A stretch of 64,000 bases of DNA from Phenylobacterium sp. (GCF_030679875.1 NZ_JAUXSP010000006.1:129653-193652), one strand, 5' to 3'. Shown: positions 43,598 through 53,276, numbered from the stretch's first letter. A program made the numbers and translations. The notes: generated from the letters alone by a model not told the origin.

Positions 43598-44365
43598 TTG
43601 AAGAACCTGTTCAGCGTCGAGGGCAAGGTCGTCCTCGTGACCGGCGGCAGCCGCGGCATCGGGGAGATGATCGCCCGCGGCTATGTGGAGAATGGCGCCA
43701 AGGTCTATATCTCGTCGCGCAAGGCCGAGGTCTGCGACCGGGTGGCCGATGAGCTCTCGGAATACGGGACCTGCATTTCGCTGCCCTTCGATCTGGGCGG
43801 CATGGAGGGCATCGAGGGCCTGGCGAACGCCGTCAAGGAGCGAGAGAGCCGCCTCGACGTGCTGGTCAACAACGCCGGCGCCACCTGGGGCGCGCCGATC
43901 GACGACTACCCTGAGGACGGCTGGGACAAGACGGTCGACCTGAACGTCAAGTCGATCTTCTTCCTGACCCAGAAGCTGCTGCCCCTGCTGCGGGCCGCCT
44001 CGACTGCCGAAAACCCCGGCCGGGTGATCAATATCGCCTCGGTCAATGGCATCGAGCCGCCGACGCTGGAGACCTACGCCTATTCCACCTCTAAGGCCGG
44101 CTGCATCATGCTGACCCGCCACCTGGCCAAGCGGCTGGCGCCCGAGCACATCCTGGTCAATGCGATTGCGCCAGGGCCCTTCCCATCGAAGATGATGGCC
44201 GCGACCCTGGCCCAGGCCGGCGACGCCATCGCCAAGAACAACCCCCGCGGCCGGATCGGCCAGCCGGAGGACATCGCCGGCGTGGCGATCTTCCTCAGCA
44301 GCCGGGCCTCGGCCTATACGACCGGCGCGGTGGTGCCCTGTGACGGCGGCTCCGCCGAGTTCTAG
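43598..44365 (+). CDS. SDR-family oxidoreductase (RhlG / 3-oxoacyl-ACP reductase-like)
   Basis: 255 aa. GKVVLVTGGSRGIG, NNAG, YSTSKAG. TTG start preceded by CAGGAG. Confidence 0.85.
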   Translation: MKNLFSVEGKVVLVTGGSRGIGEMIARGYVENGAKVYISSRKAEVCDRVADELSEYGTCISLPFDLGGMEGIEGLANAVKERESRLDVLVNNAGATWGAPIDDYPEDGWDKTVDLNVKSIFFLTQKLLPLLRAASTAENPGRVINIASVNGIEPPTLETYAYSTSKAGCIMLTRHLAKRLAPEHILVNAIAPGPFPSKMMAATLAQAGDAIAKNNPRGRIGQPEDIAGVAIFLSSRASAYTTGAVVPCDGGSAEF

Positions 44366-44368
44366 GAC

Positions 44369-45157
44369 CTAGGAATAGCCGCGCGCGGCGATGTAGGCGT
44401 CCAGCTGCTGGACACGCGCGGCGTCCGAGGGGTGGGTTGAGAGGATGGCGGGCATGGATGATCCGCCCCGTGCCGCCATCCGGCGCCAAAGCTCCACCCC
44501 GCGCCGGGCGCTGAAGCCCGCACGCACCATGAGGTCGAGGCCGATGCGATCGGCTTCCAGCTCATGCTGGCGGGAATAGGGGTTGAGGACCGCGACCTGC
44601 AGGGCGGGTCCGGCATATCGGCCCAGGGATTGGGCCAGGCCATTCTCGGCGCCCTGGGTCGCCGCGCCTACCAGGCCCGCGCCCACCTGGGCGAGCGCGG
44701 ATTGCGAATAGCGTTCGGCCGCATGGTTGGCCATGACGTGAGCCACCTCATGCCCCAGAACGGCGGCCAACTCATCGTCATTGGCGACGAAGGCCATCAT
44801 GCCCGTGGTCACGCCCACCTTGCCGCCCGGCAGGACGAAGGCGTTGACGGAGTTGTCCTGGAAGACAGCGTATTCCCAGGTCTGGCCCCCCAAACCCGAC
44901 GCGCCGACGATCTGGCCGCCAATGCGGCGCAGACGGGCGTTGGCGGCGGCGTCAGTGGAGAGCCGCGAGGTCTGCTTCATCTGCGCCCAGGCCTGAGCGC
45001 CTTGTTGCGACAGCGCGCTGGGGTCAACCAGCAGCACCTGCTGGCGGCCGAGCTCCTCATTGTAGGCGCAGGCGACCAGCCCCGCGGGCGCAGCCAGCGC
45101 CGCCAGCAAGGCGACGGTGCGAAGGGGGCGCAGGCCCCGTTTTGCGATCATGTTCAT
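44369..45157 (-). CDS. M48-family zinc metallopeptidase lipoprotein
   Basis: Lipobox ...PAGLVAC, the HEXXH motif in LGHEVAHVMANH, and a downstream E (...QHELEADRIG). Confidence 0.85.
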   Translation of the reverse strand: MNMIAKRGLRPLRTVALLAALAAPAGLVACAYNEELGRQQVLLVDPSALSQQGAQAWAQMKQTSRLSTDAAANARLRRIGGQIVGASGLGGQTWEYAVFQDNSVNAFVLPGGKVGVTTGMMAFVANDDELAAVLGHEVAHVMANHAAERYSQSALAQVGAGLVGAATQGAENGLAQSLGRYAGPALQVAVLNPYSRQHELEADRIGLDLMVRAGFSARRGVELWRRMAARGGSSMPAILSTHPSDAARVQQLDAYIAARGYS

Positions 45158-45260
45158 GGACGGACTTTCCTCGCTGTGACGCCAGCTTAGCCCAAGAACG
45201 CGCCCGCGGCGAACGGGTCCCATATCGGGGTTTGACCACGGGGCAGGCGCGGGATATCGC

Positions 45261-45281
45261 TAATGCGAACTATTCGCATTA
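45261..45281. promoter_or_regulatory. Perfect 9-3-9 palindrome, candidate repressor operator overlapping a promoter
   Basis: TAATGCGAA-CTA-TTCGCATTA, immediately followed by TAGGTGAG and the GTG/ATG (45289/45292) of the orphan ORF. Located in the M48 / orphan-ORF divergent intergenic region. Confidence 0.5.
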
Positions 45282-45288
45282 TAGGTGA

Positions 45289-45783
45289 GTGATGGCTGAC
45301 GATGCAGGGCCTCGGGCTGAAATGATGTCGGTGCAAGGCCCCGCCGGCCTCACCAATGGCGAACAGGTGGTCCTGGCGGCCCTGCGTCTGTGGGCGGGGC
45401 TTCGACTATCGGGCGAGTCGCCGGCCCCCTGTGTTCGTCGGCTGATGGCGCAGCAGGTGAGCGACCGGGCCGGGGCGATCTTTGTAGCCCTGATGGAGGC
45501 GCTGGAGCGCCAGACCCGGCGGCCCCTGCAGATCGCGTGCGGCGGATGCGGCGGCTATGGGGAGGATGAGCAGAGGCTCGTCCTGGCCTGTGGCGTGTCG
45601 CGGGTGGATATGGGGATTGCGCGGGCGTTGCTGGCGCCGCTGGTCAGTCAACCAGAGCCGGTGGCCATCTTCGCCCGTGCCTTGAACATGGTGCTCTGTC
45701 ACGAAGGGCTGGACCTGCCTGCGCGCCTGACCGACGGATCGCTTCAGCCCTGCGGACGTCCCCCGGGCTCGACCCTGCACTAA
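45289..45783 (+). CDS. Hypothetical Cys-containing protein (no family recognised)
   Basis: 164-aa ORF with coding-like composition. Contains C...IACGGCGGYGEDEQRLVLACG...C...C. Confidence 0.45.
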   Translation: MMADDAGPRAEMMSVQGPAGLTNGEQVVLAALRLWAGLRLSGESPAPCVRRLMAQQVSDRAGAIFVALMEALERQTRRPLQIACGGCGGYGEDEQRLVLACGVSRVDMGIARALLAPLVSQPEPVAIFARALNMVLCHEGLDLPARLTDGSLQPCGRPPGSTLH

Positions 45784-45869
45784 CCCGGAAGGCGCCTGTA
45801 CAATTGCGACTCACCGCTGGGAACGTCATGGCGCGGCTGGCGTTCTCAAGCTCAAGCTTGGAGACGACA

Positions 45870-46037
45870 ATGCTGAAATGGGCCGGAATCTTTCTTCTCG
45901 TCATGATCGCTGCGGCGATCCTCGGCCTGCTGATCGAGGCGGTGCGGATCATCGCCTGGGGACTGTTCGTGGTCTGCCTGGTGGGCTTCTTCCTGACAGG
46001 CGGCCTGAAGTTCCTGACCCGCGGGCGGGGCGACTGA
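45870..46037 (+). CDS. Small two-TM membrane protein (55 aa, UPF0391/DUF1328-like)
   Basis: MLKWAGIFLLVMIAAAILGLLIEAVRIIAWGLFVVCLVGFFLTGGLKFLTRGRGD. ATG at 45870 follows GGAGACGAC. Confidence 0.5.
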   Translation: MLKWAGIFLLVMIAAAILGLLIEAVRIIAWGLFVVCLVGFFLTGGLKFLTRGRGD

Positions 46038-46056
46038 TTCCACCCGCGGGCCGGCC

Positions 46057-46563
46057 CTATTCGCGGGTGTGGTCAGCCGGAATGACCGGCTCCGGTCCGG
46101 CCTTGCCCCACAGGACGATCTCATTACCCCAGGGGTCCCGGAAGGCGTGATTGAAGCCGTTGAACTCTGACCAATAGTGGTTGCGCCAGAGGATGGCTGC
46201 GCCGCGCGCCGCCGCTGCATCCAAGATCCTCTCAGGCGTGTCGTCATCGCTGATCAGGACCCAGATCCGCGGCTTGCGACCCTCCTGGCTGGCGCTGCGC
46301 GGCGCCACGCCCCCGGGCTCCGGGTGGGGACGGGCATTGTCCGCCTTGAAGATCCCCAGGTGCAGATTGCCGATCTCGCTGTCGGAGCCGTCCGGATTGC
46401 GGAACTGACCGCCCGGCACCATCCGGTGATAGAGGCCCTCCGGACGGGGATCGTTCCGCCAGCCGAACACCTCGGCATAGAAGGCGCCGGCGGCGGCCGG
46501 ATCATCGGCGACCAGATCGACAAAGATCAGGGTGTTGGGATGGCCCACGGGAACTCCTCTCAT
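46057..46563 (-). CDS. VOC (glyoxalase/bleomycin-resistance fold) family protein
   Basis: 168 aa. ...TLIFVDLVADDPAAAGAFYAEVFGWR... and a second beta-alpha-beta-beta-beta module ending ...FRDPWGNEIVLW. Confidence 0.65.
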   Translation of the reverse strand: MRGVPVGHPNTLIFVDLVADDPAAAGAFYAEVFGWRNDPRPEGLYHRMVPGGQFRNPDGSDSEIGNLHLGIFKADNARPHPEPGGVAPRSASQEGRKPRIWVLISDDDTPERILDAAAARGAAILWRNHYWSEFNGFNHAFRDPWGNEIVLWGKAGPEPVIPADHTRE

Positions 46564-46777
46564 GCACGGCGGCCGTTGACCGGCCTCGCTGGGACCCTAG
46601 GGATGGCGAGGTTCGACTTCTTGCCTGCATGCGCACGAGGCCTTGCTCATCGGCGCCGCGCCCAGGAGATGGGCGGGATGCGGAAATTTTACTGGAAATG
46701 TGCAAAGCGACTGGTCACAGCGCCGCTGCGCTGATCACTCTGCCATCAACCGCCCGCCCGCCGCCCAAGGAGCCCTC

Positions 46778-47365
46778 GTGCAGGATCTCGCCGACCCGAT
46801 TCTTGACCAGCTGTTTCGCCAGGCGCGCAGCCATAACGCCTGGTCCGACGCCCCGATCAGCGAGGCGACCCTGCGCCAGCTGTATGATCTGCTGAAGTGG
46901 GCCCCAACCTCAGCCAACTGCGGGCCAGGGCGGTTCGTCTTTATCCAGTCGACCGAGGCCAAAGAAAAGCTGGCGCCGCACCTCTCACGGGCCAATCGGG
47001 AAAAGACCATGGCCGCGCCGGTCTGCGTCATCGTGGCCTATGATCTGGACTTCGCCGAACAGCTGCCCAAGCTGTTCCCCCACGATCCGAGCGCCAGGCA
47101 TTGGTTCGGCGACCCCCAGGTGCGGTTCGAAACCGCCCTGCGGAATTCGAGCCTGCAAGGCGCCTATCTGATCATGGCCGCTCGCAGTCTGGGGCTCGAC
47201 TGCGGTCCGATGTCAGGCTTCGACAACACGGGGCTGGACGAGGCCTTCTTCAGCGGGACGAACTGGCGGTCCAACTTCCTGGTGGCCCTCGGCCAGGGGC
47301 GTCCCGAAGGCGTCTATCCCCGCAACCCACGGCTCGAGTTCGAGGAGGCCTGCAAGGTGCTTTAG
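46778..47365 (+). CDS. Nitroreductase-family protein, RutE/YdjA-like (malonic semialdehyde reductase-like)
   Basis: 196 aa from the GTG at 46778 (AAGGAG at 46768-46773). ...[44 protein letters not shown]... matches the RutE-type subfamily pattern. Confidence 0.8.
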   Translation: MQDLADPILDQLFRQARSHNAWSDAPISEATLRQLYDLLKWAPTSANCGPGRFVFIQSTEAKEKLAPHLSRANREKTMAAPVCVIVAYDLDFAEQLPKLFPHDPSARHWFGDPQVRFETALRNSSLQGAYLIMAARSLGLDCGPMSGFDNTGLDEAFFSGTNWRSNFLVALGQGRPEGVYPRNPRLEFEEACKVL

Positions 47366-47411
47366 ATGGGGCTCGGCTGGTCCGGTCTGGGATTTCAGAC
47401 TAGACCAGAGG

Positions 47412-48239
47412 GTGACCGGCCCCGAAGAGCCGGCGTCGGAGGAAGGACAAGGCGTGGTGCGGAGCTTGAGCGTGAACCCTGAGGGCGCAGCCAGGGATGC
47501 TGGAACGGTGAGCATCATCACCGATTCCGGTGAATGGTCCCCTGAGCTCCAGAAGGCCCGCGCCTACGAACAGATCCTGCTCGACATCATCCTGGGGGAG
47601 TTGCCCCCTGGCGCGCGGCTGGACGAGCAGGCCCTGACCCGACGCTACAGTACGGGCCTGGCCGGTATTCGCGACGCCCTGGGCCGCCTGGCTCTGGAGG
47701 GCATGGTGGTGCGCCGGTCCCGGGCCGGAACCACCGTCTCGCCTCTGGATCTCGTCGACCTGCGGGAGGGCTATGAAGCCCGGGCGCTGATCGAGCCCCA
47801 TTGCGCGGCCATGGCCGCGCGTAACGCCTCGGCCGAAGAGATCGCCCAGATCGCCTCGACCTTTGACGACGCCGAGCGGGCCGATCGGGATCAGGACCGC
47901 CGGGCCCTGATCGCCATGGATCAGAGGTTCCACGCGCTGATCGCCAGGGCCAGCCGCAACGCCGCCCTGGCGCGGATTCTGATCCCCCTGCAGCACAAGG
48001 CCGCGCGGTTCTGGGTCTATTCGATGGGGACCACAACGCAGGAGGAGCGGCTGGCCGATATCTGCCTGCACCGGGCCGTGGCCCAGCGAATCGCCGCCCG
48101 CGACGCCGAGGGCGCCCGGGCTGGCATGATCCTGGTTTTGGGGACCATGCCGCAAACCGTGAAGCGCTCCCTGACCAGCTGGGGCGAAGAGGACGCGCAT
48201 TCGGGGAAACTGCAGCCCCCAGCAGCGCCCGCAGGTTGA
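47412..48239 (+). CDS. GntR-family transcriptional regulator (FadR/FCD subfamily)
   Basis: The winged helix ...ILLDIILGELPPGARLDEQALTRRYSTGLAGIRDALGRLALEGMVVRR is followed by an all-helical FCD domain. The true start is probably downstream of 47412 (for example GTG near 47508). Confidence 0.8.
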   Translation: MTGPEEPASEEGQGVVRSLSVNPEGAARDAGTVSIITDSGEWSPELQKARAYEQILLDIILGELPPGARLDEQALTRRYSTGLAGIRDALGRLALEGMVVRRSRAGTTVSPLDLVDLREGYEARALIEPHCAAMAARNASAEEIAQIASTFDDAERADRDQDRRALIAMDQRFHALIARASRNAALARILIPLQHKAARFWVYSMGTTTQEERLADICLHRAVAQRIAARDAEGARAGMILVLGTMPQTVKRSLTSWGEEDAHSGKLQPPAAPAG

Positions 48240-48307
48240 GCCCCGCCCAGGCGCTGATCCGCATCTGGGCGCCGGACGGGGAAATCTGAGCGTTGGAAGG
48301 GCGCCGC

Positions 48308-48339
48308 TGACATTCCAACTGAAATGTCACCAGACATTT
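48308..48339. promoter_or_regulatory. Array of TGACAT/ATGTCA half-sites, candidate operator of the adjacent GntR regulator
   Basis: TGACATT-N8-AATGTCA (48308-48329) overlaps AAATGTC-ACCA-GACATTT (48322-48339), followed by TTGACC (48340-48345). It lies ~105 nt upstream of the TonB receptor start. Confidence 0.4.
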
Positions 48340-48444
48340 TTGACCTGGGGCCGCGGTCGCGAGACCTTGTCTTTCAAGAGGCGCGCGGACGCGGGGATAA
48401 CCGCCACCCGGCGGAGGGTCCGCGCCCCTCCTGAAGAGGGCGAT

Positions 48445-50829
48445 ATGTCAAAGAGACTCATGTTGGTCGCGGGCGCCTCCCTGTCCGCGCTGATCGCAAA
48501 TCCTGGCCTGGCCTTGGCGCAGTCCGAAATGGTCGACGAGGTCGTGGTCACCGCGCAGGACCGCACCGGCCTGCTGGAGAAGACGCCGAGCAACAGCGTC
48601 TTTGGCCTGGACAAGGCGCTGATCGAAACGCCGCGTTCGGCGAGCTTCGCCAGCGACGTGACCCTGGAGCGTTACGGCATCGAGTCGATCGACGACCTGA
48701 CCGCGATCTCGCCGGGCACCTATACGGCCAGCTTCTACGGCGTCGCCGGCGCCCTGAACATTCGCGGCACCCTGGCGGAGAACTATTTCCGCGGCTTCAA
48801 GCGGATCGAAAACCGCGGGACCTATTCAACCCCCATCGCCAATGCGGCCCAGATCGAGATCGTCCGCGGGCCGCCGACGCCCATCTATGGGGCCGGCAAG
48901 GTCGGCGGCATGCTCAACTTCGTGCCCAAGTCCGGCCGCCTGGAAGGCGCCTATATCTCCGAGATCTCCGGCCAGGCCGACTTCACCGTCGGTTCCTACA
49001 ATCGCAAGGAGGCGTCGGGCCAGATCAGCATCCCGCTGAACTTCGGTGGCATGGAAGGGGGCTTGAACCTCTATGGCCAGGCGGAAAATTCCGACAGCTT
49101 CTACCGGGGTGTCTCGCCCCGCCGGGAAATCCTCCAGGCTTCGGTGGATCTGGAACTGGGCGGCGGCTGGCGCACCGCCTTCGGCGGCATGGGCTTCCAC
49201 TCCGACGGCGACGTGCAGACCCCGGGCTGGAACCGCCTGACCCAGGACCTGATCGACAATCAGACCTATATCACCGGCCGCGACACCAGCCTGGTCGACG
49301 CCAATGGCGACGGCAAGCTGACGCCCAATGAGATCGGCTTCTACCCCTACGCCTCGGCCATGTACCTCGCCTACTACGGCTTCCCGCAGAGCAGCGCCAA
49401 GCACACGCTGGATGTCGGCGTGGGGACCACCAAGCTCGATCCGCGCACGGTCTATATCAGCGATGCGGACTTCTCGAATTCGTGGACCCGGACCGGCTAT
49501 TTCGATCTCGTGCGGGACTTCGACAACGGCTCAGCGCTGAAGTTCCAGCTGTTCTATGACGAGCTGAAGAACAAGCGGTTCGTGTCCTACGGCTATCCGG
49601 CCATGTTCGACTCCCAGGTAGGCGAGGCCAGGGTCAGCTACGACTTCGACTATGACGTGGGCATGGTGACGTCGACGTCCTTTGTCGGCGCGTCCTACCG
49701 GGCCTTTGACGGACGGAGGATGGAGAGCTTCAACTCCGGCCTGATCGCGCTGGACCGCCGCGACATCGCCTTTGGCGCGACGCCCACCGACATCATCGAT
49801 GATCCCTTCTCGCCCGAGAGCTACGGCCTGCAGTGGGAGAACGACAACAGCTCCACCTGGAACCAGGCCGGGATCTTCTTCACCTCCGACATCTTCATCG
49901 GCGAGCGGCTGAACCTGATGGTCGGCGGCCGGTATGATCACTACGAGGTGGAGTCCGAGGATACGGGCCTGGTCAGCTATCAGCCGGCCGGCAAGTTCGA
50001 AGACAGCCAGGGCAAGGGGACCTACACCGCCTCCCTGACCTATCAGTTCGACTTCGGCCTGATGCCCTACATCACCTATGCCGAGACCGCGGCCCTGGAG
50101 ATGAGCCAGGCCGGCGATATCGCACCGTCGCTGATCCAGTCAGACGCCTGGCTCTCGGACTCCGACCTGGCCGAGGCCGGGGTGAAGTTCCAGCTGCTGT
50201 CGGGCTCCCTGGTGGGCTCGGTGGCCGGCTATCGGCAGAACCGCACCCAGCTGACCGGCGGGCCAAATCCTACCGTGCGGGGCACCCGGGCCAAGGGCGT
50301 GGAACTGGAGGTGCGCTACCTGGCCACGGACAACCTGTCCTTCACCTTCGCCGGCAACAGCCAGCGCACGACGGTCAAGGGGCCAGACAACAGCTTCGGC
50401 TACATCCCCTACTATGTGACCGGCGTGGACCCGGTGAACGCCTTTGGCGGCACCTATGTGGTCTGGGCGTTTTCCGGCCTGCCGGGCCGCGGGGGCGACT
50501 ATGCCTACACCCTGATCCCGCGCACCGTGCTCAGCCTGTATGGCAGCTACACCAGCGATGAGTATGACTGGGGCCAGCTGGGCGGCGTCTTCGGGGCCAC
50601 CCGGGTCAGCGAGACGGCCCAGACAGTAGAGAACCCGATCACCTATCCGGAATACACGACGGCCAACCTCTCGGTCTTCTATGCGCGCGGCCCGTTCCAC
50701 GCCTCGCTCAACGTCGATAACGTGTTCGATGAGCTGTTCTTCACCCCGGCTGCGGACTCCTACGCCAACCTGGCGGCCATCCCCGGCAAGGGCCGCGAGT
50801 GGCGGGTGACTCTGAAGCGCTCGTTCTGA
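48445..50829 (+). CDS. TonB-dependent receptor
   Basis: 794 aa from the ATG at 48445. Signal peptide MSKRLMLVAGASLSALIANPGLALAQ, TonB box DEVVVTAQ, plug blocks, a long barrel and terminal ...VTLKRSF. Confidence 0.9.
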   Translation: MSKRLMLVAGASLSALIANPGLALAQSEMVDEVVVTAQDRTGLLEKTPSNSVFGLDKALIETPRSASFASDVTLERYGIESIDDLTAISPGTYTASFYGVAGALNIRGTLAENYFRGFKRIENRGTYSTPIANAAQIEIVRGPPTPIYGAGKVGGMLNFVPKSGRLEGAYISEISGQADFTVGSYNRKEASGQISIPLNFGGMEGGLNLYGQAENSDSFYRGVSPRREILQASVDLELGGGWRTAFGGMGFHSDGDVQTPGWNRLTQDLIDNQTYITGRDTSLVDANGDGKLTPNEIGFYPYASAMYLAYYGFPQSSAKHTLDVGVGTTKLDPRTVYISDADFSNSWTRTGYFDLVRDFDNGSALKFQLFYDELKNKRFVSYGYPAMFDSQVGEARVSYDFDYDVGMVTSTSFVGASYRAFDGRRMESFNSGLIALDRRDIAFGATPTDIIDDPFSPESYGLQWENDNSSTWNQAGIFFTSDIFIGERLNLMVGGRYDHYEVESEDTGLVSYQPAGKFEDSQGKGTYTASLTYQFDFGLMPYITYAETAALEMSQAGDIAPSLIQSDAWLSDSDLAEAGVKFQLLSGSLVGSVAGYRQNRTQLTGGPNPTVRGTRAKGVELEVRYLATDNLSFTFAGNSQRTTVKGPDNSFGYIPYYVTGVDPVNAFGGTYVVWAFSGLPGRGGDYAYTLIPRTVLSLYGSYTSDEYDWGQLGGVFGATRVSETAQTVENPITYPEYTTANLSVFYARGPFHASLNVDNVFDELFFTPAADSYANLAAIPGKGREWRVTLKRSF

Positions 50830-50837
50830 TCTGACGA

Positions 50838-50863
50838 CCGCCGCCCCTTCCGGGGGGCGGCGG
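50838..50863 (+). terminator. GC-rich stem-loop between TonB receptor and MFS genes (attenuator/partial terminator)
   Basis: CCGCCGCCCC (50838-50847) pairs with GGGGCGGCGG (50854-50863). No U-tract. Confidence 0.35.
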
Positions 50864-50890
50864 GACTGTGTTCCTGTGTGGAGGCATGAC

Positions 50891-52201
50891 ATGCCCCTGA
50901 GCCAATGGCGTCCCTGGGTGCTTCTGGGCGTCTTCAGCCTGCTGCTGTTCCTGATCTCGGCGGCCACCTTCTCTTCGCTGGGCGTGGTGCTGCCGGCCAT
51001 GGTGGCCGATCAGGAATGGAGCTGGGCGCAGGCGGGTCTCGGCTTCACCCTGCTGGGCGCCTGCTGCGGCGGCTCGGCCTGGCTGCCGCCGATCATCATC
51101 CGCCGGTTCGGCGTGCGCGCCGCCCTGCTGGTGGGCACCGTCGTCATGGCCGTGGGCTTCATCTGCCTCTACCTGACGCAGAGCGTCTGGATCTACTTCC
51201 TCGGCACCGCCCTGTGTGGGGTGGCCTACCAGCTGATGGCTCTGATCCCCGGGACCCACGTCCTGGCCGCGGTGTTCCAGAAGCGGGCCATGGCCTTTGG
51301 GCTCTATTTCACCCTCGGCGGCCTGGGCGGCGTGGCGGGGCCCTGGATGGCGCTCGGCGTCATGGAGGCCACGGGCGGCGCCTGGCGACCCTTCTGGGCG
51401 CTGCAGGCGGTGGCGGCGCTGGCCATCGGCGTCATCTGCTCGATGCTGATCCCCAACAACGCCTGGCTGCGGGAGTCCTCTGAGAAGATCGACCGGGCCG
51501 TCAAGGCTGACGCCGAAGCCGCTGCGGCCGCCCCGGCCCAACCGCCGCTGGCTGTCTATCGCACGGTCCACGACTGGACGCTGAAACAGGCGATGGCCAC
51601 GCCGCAGTTCTACATCCTGGTCGCGGCCTACTTCGTCCATCTGCTGAGCGGGGTGACGGTCTCCAGCCTGTCGGTGGCCCACCTTTCAGAGCGGGGTGTG
51701 GCGGTCGGTATCGCGGCCGGTATGCTCAGCCTGGAGGGCCTGATGTCCACGGTCGCCCGCCTGGGCGGCGGCTTCATCGGCGACCGGATTGATCCCAAGT
51801 GGCTCCTGATGCTCGCCGTCGGGGTCCTGGGCGCCGGCTCCCTGGCCCTCAGCGTCGCCGACACCTACCTGCTGATGATCATCTATGCGGTGGGCACCGG
51901 CATCGGCTTTGGCCTGACGGCGCTGGCGGTGACCATCCTGCTGCTCAACTACTATGGGCGGAAGAACAACCTGGAGATCTTCTCCACGGTCTGCCTGGTC
52001 GGCGCCCTGTCGGCGCTCGGCCCCCTGATTGGCGGCTCCCTGCGCGATGCGCTCGGCAGCTTCACCCCGACCTTCCAGCTGTTCGGCGTCGTCGCCGCCG
52101 TGGTGTTCGTCGCCTCGCTCTTCATGCGCCCGCCGCAGATGAAGACCGAAGCGAACGCTCCGGCCGCCCCGGGCGCCGGCCTTGTCAACGATCCTGTCTG
52201 A
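50891..52201 (+). CDS. MFS transporter
   Basis: 436 aa, 12 predicted TM helices in a 6+6 arrangement with a central hydrophilic loop (...ESSEKIDRAVKADAEAAAAAPAQ...). ATG at 50891 follows GGAGG. Confidence 0.85.
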   Translation: MPLSQWRPWVLLGVFSLLLFLISAATFSSLGVVLPAMVADQEWSWAQAGLGFTLLGACCGGSAWLPPIIIRRFGVRAALLVGTVVMAVGFICLYLTQSVWIYFLGTALCGVAYQLMALIPGTHVLAAVFQKRAMAFGLYFTLGGLGGVAGPWMALGVMEATGGAWRPFWALQAVAALAIGVICSMLIPNNAWLRESSEKIDRAVKADAEAAAAAPAQPPLAVYRTVHDWTLKQAMATPQFYILVAAYFVHLLSGVTVSSLSVAHLSERGVAVGIAAGMLSLEGLMSTVARLGGGFIGDRIDPKWLLMLAVGVLGAGSLALSVADTYLLMIIYAVGTGIGFGLTALAVTILLLNYYGRKNNLEIFSTVCLVGALSALGPLIGGSLRDALGSFTPTFQLFGVVAAVVFVASLFMRPPQMKTEANAPAAPGAGLVNDPV

Positions 52202-52211
52202 GGCGTCCCCC

Positions 52212-53276
52212 ATGTATCAGAAGCCTTCCTCCCATAAGGAATTCGGCGTCTTCCTGCCGGTCGCCAATGGCGGCTGGATCATCTCGGAGACCTCGCCGCC
52301 GCTGGACGACCTGTGGACCCAGAACCGGGCCGCAGCGGTCACCGCCGACGAGGTCGGCATGGACTTCGTCATGTCCATGGGCAAGTGGCGCGGCTTCGGC
52401 GGTACGACCGACCACTGGGGCGCGTCCCTGGAGTCGGTGACCATGATGGCCGGCATCGCCGAGGCGACCAAGAATGTGAAGATCTGGGCCACCGTCCACC
52501 CCATGCTGCAGAACCCGGCGGTGACGGCCAAGATGATCTCGACCCTCGACCACATCAGCGGCGGGCGGGCTGGCCTGAACATCGTGGCCGGCGCCTATCG
52601 CGCCGAGTTCGACCAGATGGGCATGTGGGACGACAGTCTCGACCACGAGGCGCGCTACGCCCTGACTGAGGAATGGACCGCCGTCATCAAGCGCCTCTGG
52701 AAGGAGGACAGCGTCGATCACGCGGGCAGGTTCTTCAACATGAAGGACGCCAAGTCGAACCCCAAACCCCTGTCGCGGCCCCGGCCGGACCTGATCTGCG
52801 CGGGCCAGTCGGACCGTGGCTTCCAGTTCTCGGTGCGCGAGGCCGACATCTGCTTCATCGGCGGTCGTACGGCCGAGGAGCGCCGCGACAACAGCCTGCG
52901 GGCCAAGAAGGTCGCAGCCGACCTGGGCAAGTCGATCAAGACCTACGCCATGTGCACCATCGTCCACGGCGAAACCGACGCCAAGGCCGAGGCCATGGTC
53001 GAGCACTACAAGACCGGCACCGACATGGGCGCCATCCTGGAGATGCTGCGCAGCTGGGGCGTGCCGGCTGACAAGCTGGACGTGGTGGCCAAGCAGCAGG
53101 GCGCCTTCATGACCCACACCGCCGTGGGCTCGCCGGCCACCTGCGCCGAGCAGGTCCAGGAGTTTGTGGAGTTCGCCCAGCTGGACGGCCTAATGCTGAT
53201 CTTCCCCGACTATGTGGAGGGCCTGAAGATGTTCGGCGCCGAGATCCTGCCAGGCCTGCGTTCGGCCTTCGCATGA
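52212..53276 (+). CDS. LLM-class flavin-dependent monooxygenase, RutA (pyrimidine monooxygenase)-like
   Basis: 354 aa. Blocks FGVFLPVANGGWIIS, WRGFGGTTDHW..SLES.TMMAG, HISGGRAGLNIV and LICAGQSD line up with my recollection of E. coli RutA (IGVFVPIGNNGWLIS, LRGFGGKTEFW..NLES.TLMAG, SISGGRFGVNLV, VICAGQSD). Confidence 0.85.
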   Translation: MYQKPSSHKEFGVFLPVANGGWIISETSPPLDDLWTQNRAAAVTADEVGMDFVMSMGKWRGFGGTTDHWGASLESVTMMAGIAEATKNVKIWATVHPMLQNPAVTAKMISTLDHISGGRAGLNIVAGAYRAEFDQMGMWDDSLDHEARYALTEEWTAVIKRLWKEDSVDHAGRFFNMKDAKSNPKPLSRPRPDLICAGQSDRGFQFSVREADICFIGGRTAEERRDNSLRAKKVAADLGKSIKTYAMCTIVHGETDAKAEAMVEHYKTGTDMGAILEMLRSWGVPADKLDVVAKQQGAFMTHTAVGSPATCAEQVQEFVEFAQLDGLMLIFPDYVEGLKMFGAEILPGLRSAFA

